DNA of 64,000 nt, from assembly GCA_008632985.1 (NCBI GenBank), contig QPGO01000065.1, positions 186,001-250,000 on the forward strand, read 5' to 3'. Position numbers and translations under genes: made by a program. The notes under the pieces were generated by a model. It did not search any database and was not told the DNA's origin. It was given only the letters and a program-made list of their open reading frames with translations. Shown piece after piece: positions 52,077 through 64,000 of this stretch. This DNA comes from Psammoneis japonica (Eukaryota). Within the stretch, counting starts at the first letter, position 1; each line of letters opens with the position of its first letter.

Positions 52077-54023
52077 CTAGCGGCGACTCATGATCCTTGC
52101 GGATCTACGCACGACACGCCCAGTATTAGACGAAACAAAGACACTGCCAGCAGCTTGACGGAGCCTAGGCGAGCGTCTCAATGGGACAGGACGGGCAACT
52201 TTCTCCTCGCCGTGCGCAACAACAACAACACCCACCGGATCGACGTTCTCGGCTTGCAACTCCGAGTTCTCCAAGTCTTGATCCTCTCCGTCTGGAATAA
52301 TGTCATGTTGCACAACTCCATTGTCCATAGGTTTTTCCGAATCGTCCATCGGTTCTTCCGCGTCAGGTGGATCGTTCAAGGCACCGTCAGGCTCCTCATC
52401 TGCTTCCGGAATAATCTCCTCCGCAGCGACAGAATTCTCATCATCAACAACAGCAGGATCAGCCGAGGGTTCCTCTGCGCCCTCTCCTTCTAGAATATTG
52501 TCGTGATGCAATAACCCATCATCCACAGGATCCTCTGAATCATCGTCCATCGGTGCTTCCACGTCTTGCGGATCGTTCAAGGCATCGTCGGGCTCCTCAT
52601 CATGCACTTCAACGATTACATCCAGAGGAACCACTTCCTCCTCGGTGACAGGATCATCATCAATGGCAATGACAGGATCAGCAATGGGTTCCTCAACCAC
52701 CGCATCTACTGGATCAGCAAGAGCCTCGGCCGGTTCCATGGCCGCTGGTGGAGTCCGCACCCAGCCACGCCAGTGATCACACGAAAGATCAGAGTCCCAG
52801 TAATGAATACTTTCTTCTTGACCCGCATCAAATTCAAGCATCGCCACAGCCAACTGCTCATCATTCAATACGGGTATCACACGGGTGTAACGTGCACGTC
52901 GAAGAATTCTTGGAGCAGTCGCGCCGGTTGGATTGGGAGGAGCGTCACCAACGTGAAAGTCTTGAGTCAGCATTCGGTCGGATTTCCACCTGACATGCCT
53001 TTCTACTGGATCAGCAAGAGCCTCGGCCGGTTCCATGGCCGCTGGTGGAGTCCGCACCCAGCCACGCCAGTGATCACACGAAAGATCAGAGTCCCAGTAA
53101 TGAATACTTTCTTCTTGACCCGCATCAAATTCAAGCATCGCCACAGCCAACTGCTCATCATTCAATACGGGTATCACACGGGTGTAACGTGCACGTCGAA
53201 GAATTCTTGGAGCAGTCGCGCCGGTTGGATTGGGAGGAGCGTCACCAACGTGAAAGTCTTGAGTCAGCATTCGGTCGGATTTCCACCTGACATGCCTTTC
53301 TACTGGATCAGCAAGAGCCTCGGCCGTTTCAATTGCTGCTGGAGTCCGCACCCAGCCACGCCAGTGATCATACCTTGGATCCGTACGATACTCACGAATG
53401 TATCGGTCTTGCTTCCAGTCAAACTCAAGCAGCGCAGCAGCCAATTGCTCATCATTCAGGACAGGAATGACACGGGTGTATCGAGGGATCCGAAGACATG
53501 GTGGAGCGGCCACGCCGGTTGGAAAGGGGGGAGCGTCACCAACGTAACGGTGCTTCAGCAACATTCGGTCCGGTTTCCACCTGATGCGCCCACGACCAAC
53601 TAGCTTGCGCTTCAAGAGCAGTGGCCACGGGAACAGAAACCGCAAGGGGACGTAGATGAAGTAGGAGAACCAATACACGGTGCATGCAACCACCGCAACC
53701 GCGAGAGTAGCCGCAACAGCATCGCACGCTCGATCCCAAAGAAGAGTGGTAAGGTCGTCGATTTCCATAATTCGGTAGTACAAGAAATGGACTTTAGCAC
53801 CAATCAACTTCAACGAGGAGTGTATGAATATCCCAGCATATAAGGAGAGGAGAGCTTTCCAGATCGCAACGACAACGGGCACGAGAGCGTGAATCGTGCA
53901 GCGAATCTTGTCCCACGCTTCCCAAAGGAAACCGCCAACGATTCGGCCGTGGTTCTGCTTACCGTGAAATACACGTAGCAGAAGATTCATAAAGAGAATG
54001 AGTAGTGCAATGTATGCAATCAT
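52077..54023 (-). CDS. Membrane-anchored hypothetical protein with three 99-aa repeats, D/E-rich region and basic RRSxR tail; ORF is open to 54449
   Basis: Uninterrupted 790-aa ORF with hydrophobic segments; internal 297-bp repeats. Confidence 0.7.
   Translation of the reverse strand: MIAYIALLILFMNLLLRVFHGKQNHGRIVGGFLWEAWDKIRCTIHALVPVVVAIWKALLSLYAGIFIHSSLKLIGAKVHFLYYRIMEIDDLTTLLWDRACDAVAATLAVAVVACTVYWFSYFIYVPLRFLFPWPLLLKRKLVGRGRIRWKPDRMLLKHRYVGDAPPFPTGVAAPPCLRIPRYTRVIPVLNDEQLAAALLEFDWKQDRYIREYRTDPRYDHWRGWVRTPAAIETAEALADPVERHVRWKSDRMLTQDFHVGDAPPNPTGATAPRILRRARYTRVIPVLNDEQLAVAMLEFDAGQEESIHYWDSDLSCDHWRGWVRTPPAAMEPAEALADPVERHVRWKSDRMLTQDFHVGDAPPNPTGATAPRILRRARYTRVIPVLNDEQLAVAMLEFDAGQEESIHYWDSDLSCDHWRGWVRTPPAAMEPAEALADPVDAVVEEPIADPVIAIDDDPVTEEEVVPLDVIVEVHDEEPDDALNDPQDVEAPMDDDSEDPVDDGLLHHDNILEGEGAEEPSADPAVVDDENSVAAEEIIPEADEEPDGALNDPPDAEEPMDDSEKPMDNGVVQHDIIPDGEDQDLENSELQAENVDPVGVVVVAHGEEKVARPVPLRRSPRLRQAAGSVFVSSNTGRVVRRSARIMSRR
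52705..53590. repeat. 297-bp coding tandem repeat (2 identical copies and 1 diverged)
   Basis: tctactggatcagcaagagcctcggcc starts at 52705, 53002 and 53299. Confidence 0.95.
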
Positions 54024-57000
54024 AATGGGGGTAATAGTATCAGTGAAGATAGATTGGTAACAGCGTGTTTCAATGCAAGCAAAACTTGAATTGTGTGATG
54101 GTGAGGGTGACGGTCGCTCGTTGTTGCGGCTGGCCCATTCGTGAATGCGTAGAAACTGTACAGGAGAAGCCCGTAGAAAATCCGACGGAGTCACGCTCAC
54201 GATTTTCGATTTCGCGGGATGTGGGCACGTTTGCATTCGGTTAGTCGTAGGCTTCTTGGTAGGAACAATCAGAGGTCGAGACTGATATTGGTTTTCATTC
54301 GTAATGATTATTATCTTCTTATCACTATTCTGCAATGCTCCGGAACAAGATATCGTACTTGACGTGGGAGCAACAATGAACAAGACGCGCCACGAGGAAG
54401 AGCACTGAAAACAACATCGGAGACGCCACCAATGATGACTCGTATCCACTTTCAGTCAAGCGCTTGTTCTAGAGTCAAGCAAGTACCTCATGGAGGTCCT
54501 ATCCGACGATCCGCCTCGATTTCCAATGTTAGAGAACAACAAAGTTGGCGCAGTTCTCGGAGGTGCAAGGACTTGATTTTGTCTTTTCGTGGCCATTACG
54601 GACATTTATCAGACCGGCTCGTGCGCAGACACGATCCATCTTGCCTCATTGTCTCGGAGGGACAGCAAAGCCATGTCAAGATAACGATACACAGCATTGG
54701 CAGCAATGCTACAAAAGGTATCAAATCGGTCCACACGCCTCCACATTGACTCGCAGAAGATTTGTTGAATGGCACAGAGTGATACAATTCAATTCAGGGA
54801 AACACGAAGCGAGAGGTACCAACCCAGATGACATAATATGGCAGGACGTAAAGGCTCATCACGGTCACACCAAAATTCCGCCTTGGCTGGAACCACCCTG
54901 GAGGAACGAAATTCCGTACGTCAGAGTTGGAACTGCGTGCTCGAATCTGTTGGCGTTTCACCGAGCAAATGTTTCAGCCCACGTCTGGAGAATATCCTCA
55001 AGTGCAATGAGAAGCAACACTCGTGTAGGAAAATGCTTTCGTACAATGCTGTAGTGTGTTTGACTTCCGATGCCACGTTGACACATGTGTATTCAGCAAG
55101 TACATGGGGATTTCATTCAAGCGGTGCGGCAACGGTTGCCATTCTCGAGAAGCACAAATGTAGGCTTACGATTTGATGGATCGTAGTTGCCAATTTGTGA
55201 ACCAACGTCGTCGGATTGTTAGAATGAGATTTCTGCTAAAAACTCCGCTGCGTTCAGATTTGAGACCATACGTCTCTCAAAGAAGGGCTTGAAAAATTGT
55301 CGGTCTCAGTCTCACTGCGTCAAGCTTTCAATTGTTTCTGAACAGGCTAGGTAGTTGGCTGTTGGCATTTCCCCGAGAGCAACACAAGGCCTGACCAGTT
55401 GCCTTCATGTTGTCATGCCTTGCCAACAGAAGAGAGGCCACAGCTTCTGCTGAACGGGGCGGCACGTTGGAATTGCTGCCACGTTCAGCGTACATGTCAT
55501 TAGCGCTCAATTGCTTGGCCAGTTTTTCATTTCTCTCTATCGATCAACTATCAAACTCGACAAGCAGGAGGAAGGTCAGCTATCGAAAAAGCAACGCTCG
55601 ACGCGTCGATGGCCTTTGTCACATGCAGACCGATGCGAAGCTAGCCCCTGCGAAAGCCGCGAGCGCCATGGCTGGCAATACAGTACATACCGTCCATTCT
55701 TTCTCTTTTATTCGTTCATGAATGTTTGAATGTACGTGCAGTTTTTTCGATCTTGTACAATTTTTTCGATTTTTATACGTTCATGTATGTTTGAATCTAC
55801 GTGCGATCTTGTTGGATCTCTTGTACAAGCTTACTGCTTTTCGTACCGACCACAGTAGCATTCTACGTTACATACCAGAATTTTTAATTATTTATCTAGT
55901 CATTAATATATCATTACGAATTGACAACCACCGATTTTTCGCACGCGACACCACCACGATGACACGTTCCGTCGAACGAGTTCGGGCCCACCCGGAATAG
56001 TTACCAAGCCATTTGGGTACAGCTATATCAATGAGGTACTTACGGATCATATATACCTCATTGGCTTGGTAATTCTTCGTGGTTGACAAATAAACGACGG
56101 CAAAGGATTCACGTGTTGTTTTGTCGTGCTTTGGCGTCAAGAGCCAGGTTAGTCGAGTTAATCCCAGTAGAAAACCTACGTAGGCCTACTCTGAGCCACA
56201 AGCGCGCGTAATACGCTTGTATTCATACATACAATTTTTTCGATTTTTCTCTTTTCCCATTTCTGCATCCTCCTCACCGACGATACGCCATGATGATGGC
56301 GGAGCCGTGCCGTCATGTCACAGCCGCCAACACGTCGCTCTCCATGTACTGTAGCACAACTTGATTCCAATTCTTCTTATAGCCAAACAGAATGAGTTCC
56401 GAAAAGAGAAAGATGTCATCGAAAAAGTCCTTTTGGTGTTTGGCGGCGCCGTGCGGTGATAATTTTGGTTACGATTGACAGCAACACGAAACAACTCCGA
56501 CCAGCTTCGAGTCTGCTATCTCATCTACGAATCTTTCGTCATGCCCATCATCTCTTTCAAGATGACTTTTTTGCGTAGATTTGCATGCGCATGCTACGAG
56601 AAGATACTGCTCGAGACTGCGGCACAACAACAAAAGCCATCAAAAGAAGAAATACCCGGCCATTGAATGCCTTGTTGGAATCAATTAATGGTCTCTACCA
56701 AAAGAATATGCAGTATCAAGAGTCGGACGTAGATGTAGCGGATATCATGGCGGCTTGTTGGATTGTGATTCAATTTGCAGGCAAGCAAATGCAAGTTCCC
56801 CCGATGCGTGATTGTACAAGCTTGTCGTACATCAAGACAGAAACAATGCACTCGAATGATCTTTTGGTTTGCTTGATTGGATTATGCTTCACAACGATTG
56901 GTGACGACGAGTTACTGGTCCAATCATCAAGGAATCTTACCGACAAGAATACAAGAACGGCAGAACGATCGATCATTCTGGAGAATCGAAAGGCGTTTGA

Positions 57001-57716
57001 GACACCCAGAAATGGAATTGCTTTGACGTTTCGCCAATAGACTCAGGCGATTCGGATAATGCATCAGATATGGTATGTACCAAAGTCTCTCGTGCCCAAT
57101 GCAACGAGAAAACACCAACAGCCTTGGGCAACTGCAACAGTTCGTTCCCACTACTAGTCTCGAGTGCATAGCGAAGCGCGTCGGTACGAGCTACTAGATT
57201 GCCAGAAATGTTCTCAAACGTCAAACAAAGTGACAAGAATCCTACAACTCTATGTGACGGAACGACATGCAGCCGCAACAAAAAGAAACCGCGTCGAGAT
57301 CGTTAGTGCCCGACAGCAAGGTTTCTGCCATTGCTACAGGCTGGTACATCTTTTCACTACGCGAGTAAAAAGAGAAGCTGGCAGTTGGCCTTCAAAAAGC
57401 CTTCCAATAAGACAACAAATGCAAAGAAAACAGCAGAAACGAAGTAGTAGCAGTAGTACCAGTACTAGTACTACTACTCAAACCAGCAGTAATACTACTA
57501 CGACGACAGCAAGATGACAGCAGAGAGACTACTAGGATACGGCCTCTGCTTTTCTTGTTTACACACTCTGGACTACGACGTAGCCATATCCTACTATCTA
57601 ATATACAATAAAAAAGAAACTACCAATAAGAATCGTCTTGCGCTAATATTCCAAATAAAACTACACGACAGCTAACCCCGCACTACAAAACATCACCCCT
57701 CTCTCGTCCTACACGT

Positions 57717-58734
57717 CTAACAACTAACCCAATTCACCGTGTGATTCGGATCGGGACACAAGGAACGTCCGCGACTCTTTAAATCGTGCTCACCCGTACT
57801 CGCACCCAGAGAAATAGCTCCTCCACGAGTCTTGAACTCTCTTCCACCAATGTTGTAAAACAAATTTGGCTTCCGAAACGGCATCGTCCCGTATTTTTCA
57901 TACAGAGTGCGAGCTTGAGTTTGAACAAGTGTGACAAAGCTATTTGTCAATTCTTGAATTGTCGTCCACCAATATTCTAACGACAATCTAGGGGTCTGAA
58001 GCGGCATCATCATATATATTCTTTCCAAGTGCGAGCCTGAATTCGTGCCTTTATGACGAAGGTCTTCAAGGAGTCATGGATGATTTGTGCAAGCTCGAAG
58101 CGGTTTCACGAACAGTCTTGGTGGTCTTCAAAGAGAAGTCATGGAATGTCGTGTGCAACTTCGACGTGGTCTCAATGGTATAGTTTGACAAAATCTTGCA
58201 AGTGTCGGAAAATGTCTGGATGGTAATCATTGCGGCGGGCGCGTTCTCTCGAAGGATTTTTTGAAAACGGCCGGACAAATCGATTTCGTGCTCGAAGGAC
58301 AGGTCGAAGGAGGACTGGCAGACAGAGCTCGAGGCTTTGAGAGCTTCAACTGGCATGTCGTCCGTAGGCGTGCAGTTTCGAATGGCGTTGTGAAGAAGGG
58401 TGGAGTCGTAGTCCTTGTGATCAAAAGACACACAATGGATGCTCGACCTGATTTGAGCTTCAATGGGCATGCTCGTAGGCGTGGTGTTGCGGAGGATGTT
58501 TTGGAGGCGGACAAAGGAGTCGTCATGGCTTTCGATCGTCGTCGTAAAAATCGTTTTCGTAGCCAAAGCAACGCGAAGGATGTCTTGACTTGCTTTCGAG
58601 GCAATCGATACACCTTGCGCCGTCGCGTCAAAGACGGCCGAAAGCGAAAGCGGGCGGGCAAAGGGACCAGCGCTCATGGCACCGGCAGCAATGCCAAGGG
58701 AGATGATAGCAAGATTCTTAAGAGAAGCAATCAT
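57717..58734 (-). CDS. Paralog of 36212-37135 (split into ORFs 58066..58734 and 57717..58028)
   Basis: GAMSAG, LRNTTPT and WW..VQTQAR..PFRKP..IGGREF motifs. Confidence 0.6.
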
Positions 58735-59779
58735 GGTGATGACTTTACTATGCTACTTTCCTCGTCAAAGAAAAGATTGTGGGAGAATCGAGAGCAAAAA
58801 ATTGAGGCATCAATCGAGAGCAAGCATCGACGTCAAGTACCAGACACGTAGAATTCTACGAGAAACGCACCTCAAACAAGAATCGCCCGGATCAATCGTG
58901 TCGCCCGAGAGAGGGGAGATAGTGTTGTCACCTTTTACAATATTCAATACTGGGCTGGATATGAGGTATGATTCTCCTGAAATGAACCGGGACTACAGAA
59001 CAACGGCCTGTTTTGGTGTTTGTTTTCAGCCGATGTTGTGATGAGGTCGGAGGGAGATTTGAAAGTGATAGCGATTTAGCTCGTGTTTTCTTCAGCCACG
59101 CAAGCAGTAGGGTGATCACAACTCCACGTGTTTATTTACTTCACTCGTTGACATTTTTACTCAAATAATTATATTGCCCCGTATGTATCCGCCGCCTTTC
59201 TTCGCTTCGTGGCCCATTCATGCAGTACATACACGAGGTGCAATGAAACGACCGGCATTTTATGGCAGGTTCCCTCGTCACACTTCTACAAAACTGTACA
59301 GGAATAGGCTCTAAATTATTGAGCAAGAGATACTATCAAAGCAAAACCAAATCAAAATCAACGCCGCGAGCCAACCTACCAGCAGTCCATAGTCCACGAA
59401 AACAGCCTTGGCCAAATCTCGTCGTGCATCCGAATTGACGCCGCTACATCAAATATGGCATCATCGCGTTGAAATCGTGGGATGACGAGTCCTGAACTAG
59501 CTACTCTTTCTGCTATTCGACGTGTGGATGTTTCCAAAGGGAACTATCACTGCGAGGAGATCAGCTGCTCGCTCAATAGTCCAGTATCTAGCTTGATTTA
59601 TGACGAGCAAGGGAGTGTTGTAACTAGTATCTTTTCGTATTGATCTAGAGGTATAATTGTACTTTTCGCCAAGAATCAGAGGAACGAGATGCAGTACTGC
59701 AAGACCCCTGAACAAACTCGAAGAAAAAACAGATTCATTGCATTCATCAATAGAAAGTCTAGTTCGCGACAACGATCAA

Positions 59780-60776
59780 AACAGTTTAGCATCTTTGCTC
59801 TTGTTTTTCTTCCTTCGTTTTGCCAAGGCCTTGTTGATTGCATTCTGCCCGCCTTTGCGCTTGAGCTGCTCATACTTGAGCTCGGTCGTTATTTGTTTCA
59901 CTTTGTTACGCTTCGGACAATAACCCTGCTGTGGTGTTTTTCTTGAACAACTTTCTTAACTTGCTGCTGCAACTCTGTCTGTTGTAGCATCGCTCTCTGT
60001 TGAATCAGTCTTTGCAAAGTCGCTTCACATTGCTCCAACGTCGTTTGCTGCAATTCAGCTCGACGTGCTTGAGGTCGTCACTGCCCCCTCTTTCCGGTCA
60101 ATTTTCGAAGCGCAATTTGTTGCTTGACTCGTTTTATTTCTTCTTGATGCTTTTCTTTCATAAATTCAAAGTAATGAATGGTGGCTTTTGTGTTGCCGTC
60201 AGAACTAAATCTCGGATCGCGAGCCTTGTACCTTCCGTTTCCAATCTCCACTCCAATGCCTGATGAGTTCAATAAAGTGCGCCACGATGATAGAAATCAC
60301 GTCGTAACGAGCTTGCCACAGTTGGAGCATGCTTAGACCTCTTCTTCATTTTCGTTTCCTTTTCTGGAAGATTCTTGTCCGACTTGTGCAATTGTTCTCG
60401 TGCCTTTTCGATCGCCTCCTTTTTTCGTCGACGTTTGTAGTGTAAAGCATTTGTCAACTTCACACTACCTTCTGTGCGTCGTTTCTCTATTCGTTCTTGC
60501 AGAGTCATGTGCGTCGTCTTCATCGTCGTATTCTTCGTCTTGTTGACTGCTACTGCCACTGCTACTGCACTCTCGCTCGCTTCATCCTCGTCGCTGCTGC
60601 TACTACTGTCGAGAGAAACGATGTCGTCTGACGTCTGACGGAAGGTTTTCCAAGCTGCGAATTTTAGCAACTGCCGAGGAGGATTTCTCTGAGATGGTTG
60701 ACTGACGCGGAAGAGTAGTCATCACCGGGGCGGAGGAGGACGAAGATAATGAAGCTGGCTCTGCCGCTGCGCTCAT
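59780..60776 (-). pseudogene. RRP36: rRNA biogenesis protein RRP36-like, frameshifted and disrupted
   Basis: KRSKHAPTVASS, ARDPRFS, YFEFM..EEIKR, and C-terminal KYEQLKRKGG..KALAKRRKKNKSKD. Confidence 0.7.
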
Positions 60777-60989
60777 GGTCGTGACACGCATTTTGCTCCG
60801 GAGAGATCGGCGAGAACGCAAAAGCCATCATGTGGTTTGGGTTGCAGGTCGGTTGTGGGCGAGAGCACGCGTCTTGCTTTCGTCCGTCGGCGCAGCAGTT
60901 TTGTTCAGTACAAGCCTGCGTGATTCTACATGATTTTGAAATTTCAATGTAGACATTTAGTGCTGTAGAATCTTCTTTCTAAATATAAA

Positions 60990-63900
60990 CAACGAGCACG
61001 AATGAGGCAATTCTCGCAATGACAGATTCTGGATTCATGTGATGACTGCCTGCCGATTTCCTTTGTGGTCCTAGCAGTCTGAGCGGCAAAAGGAATGCTG
61101 TCAAGAACAACTTCCACTCCATTTGACATGGTGGCCTTGGCAGGCCACACGCTGGATGAAGCACTGCAGCAGCACCGCACCCAACCTTGAGCTAAAACGA
61201 TTGGGACACTGCTGCAACAAGTTTGTCAAAACACGCCTGTGATGATCAAAAAGCTCTCTTGCACCGGCACATTCAAACTGTGCTTCCTGATGCATTGCAG
61301 CAAAGCAGAAGAATTCTTGTTTCAAGAAAGCAACATTGTGGGAAAACTGGAACAGTGCTGTTGGATCAAAGTGCGTTTTTGACATGAACAACAGGTGCGG
61401 CAGGAGCGAGGCAAGCACACAGGAGGATGGAATTCACATGTTTTGCGCTGCTCCAATCCAAAATGTTGCATGTTTGCAAGAACACAGGCATGGACAAGGA
61501 GTGGTGCAAAATGTCAAGAATTGCATGCACTCATTTTGTTGTGGGTTTTCACTCGAGCGAACGAGGGGCCTGAATTTGTTGCAGATTTCTGCTCGAGTGA
61601 ACGAGTGGCCTGCAGTTGGACAAGAGCAGAGATTTTTGATGTTTTGGCAGAGAGCATGCAACAACCATGTGAGCACACACATGGACAAGGAATGTCATGG
61701 CATGAAATGTCAACCACTGCACACAGCAGGGGGCAAAGATGACTCATTGTCCCTCTCCTGCTGCTGTGAGAATGAACACTGCTGGAGCACTGAAGAAGGA
61801 TGTTGCCAAGACGATTTAACTTGAGACAAAATGAAAAGCTGGTGCACACTGCCCCATCCAGCAGGTGCACATTGAATTCTGCCAGAAAACATCCAACTCC
61901 ACCAAGAGATTTGTTTGGCTTCTTCACCTTGAAGACCCAACTTGCATTTTTCTTGGTGACTCACATCTCTGCCACCCGATGAGCCAATGTGCCCTCATCT
62001 TGAACAGCGCCTTTGTCATTCACTTTTATGACAAGAGTCAACTCAGGCTGCTCATTGACTCCATCTGTGACAGCCTTGCCATTGCAGCCCTTGAACTGAA
62101 CATTTTGCAGAAGCTTTGGGGATGTGCTGTCTGCTGCCTCTTTTGTTTTGTGAGGTGGACCACAAGTGTGGAACCAGAGCCAGTGTCATGGGGAGGAATG
62201 GATCCTTGAGCTTGCTGACCACCTTGAGCTCATGGGTGGAATCCAAGGGACAGGCATCACAAGCATCTCCAATGCCATCCCCATCACTGTCACCTGATTG
62301 GCATTGGGAAACAAGGGGCAGTTGTCAAAGTCATCGGGCATGCCGTCACGTCAACAGCATCAGGATCCTGCTGCAGCAACTCCAGCACAAAGAGCTTGGG
62401 ACCTCCTTCTGTTCCATCATGTGCAGCAAAACATGGGAGCTTTCCATCCATTGGTGCAAAAGCTCAATGGATGCAAATTTTTGAGACCAGGATTGACTTC
62501 CTTTGCCATTTCAGTCTTGCACCCAATTCTGCTGACCGTGCATTCTGTCATCAGCACTGAAGCAGAGCCTTCCACCTCCTGTGGGTGTCAAGGACCATGG
62601 ATCCAAATGCAGTTGCTGCCAGGATTGGTGTCCTTTGCAACAATGGCTGTGTTGCTTGATGGACAGTGGGTCCAAAGCTCAGTTCCATGCTTTCTGTCTG
62701 CAGCACTGAAAAACAGCTTTCCAGCCATTGGTGTCAACTCCAATGGATGTGAGTGCTTGTGACCATGACAAAAATCCTTTGCAATGTTTGTTGTGTTGCT
62801 CAATGGATCTTGCATCCAAGGCTTGCTGCCATGCTCAAAGCCTGCAGTGCAGAAAACAGCTTTCCATCCAGGAGTGTCAGGTTGCACAGACAAGAAGAGT
62901 GCTGGCAATGGGGATGAATGTCATGCACCACGTTTGTCATTTGATGCAAAGGGGGTTGTGCTTCCAAAGCTCCCTCCCATGCATGAAATTAAATGCAGAA
63001 AGAAACAGCTTTCCATCCGCAGGTGTCAAATGTTTGGGTTCTAAAGACACGACACTGGGAGAGACATCTTTTGCCATTTCAATTGCTCCCCTCATTGGAC
63101 CATGCATCCAAAGCTCTCTCCCATGTGTTTCATCATTGTTGGTGAAGTGCAGCTTTCCACCCATTGGTGTCAACAGCAACAGAAAACACTTCCCACACAG
63201 CAGGGAAGGCTGCTTGTTGTGGCTTTGGTTGGACGGCGAATTGGAAACTGGGTCATGCTGCTTCCGTCCTTGGTTTCTTCCACAATGTGCAACAAAGTGC
63301 AGCTTTCCTCCATCCACAGGTGTCAAATGCTGTTGAGACAAAGACGTGCAAGAACAGGGATTGACACACACTGCGCAAACAGAGCTCCTCCCCATGCACT
63401 CCATTGTTTGTGAGAGGAAGTGCAGCTTTCCGTCCATGGGCTTCAAGCTGTGCAGGTCCGCAAACTCCTTTGGCCAGGATGGGTGTCACATGCCAACTGC
63501 ACTGTTTGACTCAAGGGGCCATGCACCCAAAGCTCAGCTCCAATCACACCACCATCAGCTCTGACTTGCAGCTTTCCATCCATTGATTTCATTCCATCCG
63601 TTGGCACAACCTCGCTGATTTCCACAATCTTGCAGGGTGAGTGATGACCTTGCACCAGTTGGCAACTGCCTTGATTTTGTGCTGGCTTGATGGTGGTCAT
63701 CAAGAGTTTCTGAATTGGTCATTGCCTCAACATGGCCAAGGAAAATGAAAAGCAGACATGAAAAGACTCAACTCTGCATCAAGTTGATGGTTGAGGGTGT
63801 TGCATGACAAGGCTTGAGGAGAAGGTTTTGTGATGTCACTTTTTTGTTTGCACGTGCCACTGCTTTGTGGCAATGCATGTGCGTCTGCCTCTGGCAGAGC

Positions 63901-64000
63901 AGAGAGAGCAGAGAGAAGAAACAACAGAAAGGTCACCTGTGAAAGTGTTGGCTGGAAGTTTGTGATCCCTCATGACAATGCCTTGCAGCATGCACAATGT
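60990..64000. other. TpA/CpG-depleted hypermutated block 5 (runs off the window end)
   Basis: The few TA seen after 61100 lie in TTA/TAA contexts. Confidence 0.9.
62280..63936 (-). pseudogene. Degenerate ELWxxDGT-like repeat (beta-propeller-type) protein gene
   Basis: Repeated LTP.DGKL(H/F)F.A...HG.ELW.H.P units in ORFs 62588..62908, 62937..63446 and 63443..63703; hydrophobic segment at about 63900. Confidence 0.7.

Noticed and set aside
54430..57520. Short ORFs and TAG/TAC trinucleotide runs near 57440-57500
   Set aside because: No recognisable motifs; low-complexity sequence.
9300..64000. Classical fungal RIP or an alternative genetic code as the explanation for the blocks
   Set aside because: RIP raises TpA, whereas here it is lost. 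The depletion is frame-independent and affects both strands, and neighbouring genes use Tyr and TAA/TAG normally.

Overview
Eukaryotic nuclear DNA, most likely a diatom or close stramenopile: short GT-AG introns, a Ty1/copia remnant of the diatom CoDi type, a signal peptide followed by an aromatic residue resembling a plastid-targeting presequence, and LRR/PSxxPS membrane proteins. The window alternates between two compartments. (1) Normal-composition DNA carries an LRR receptor-like gene, an F-box-like gene, a protein kinase, a putative plastid protein, a TatD nuclease, several lineage-specific genes, deletion-damaged copies of MCM4, PI4-kinase, DDX10/DBP4 and RRP36, and a small TIR element. 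(2) Five sharply bounded blocks (about 9300-17810, 24300-26630, 27950-32845, 44620-47100 and 60990-64000; roughly one third of the window) have almost no TpA, reduced CpG, and excess TpG/CpA. Paralogous pairs inside the window and conserved protein motifs (copia YVDD->HVDD, kinesin YRDSKLT->CRDSKLT, GKLYF->GKLHF) indicate directional TpA->CpA/TpG and CpG->TpG/CpA hypermutation of transposon and gene copies. This resembles a RIP-like genome-defence process, but with the opposite dinucleotide outcome to fungal RIP, and is the main candidate novel system. All counts and alignments were done by eye; many 1-nt frameshifts in normal genes are probably assembly errors.
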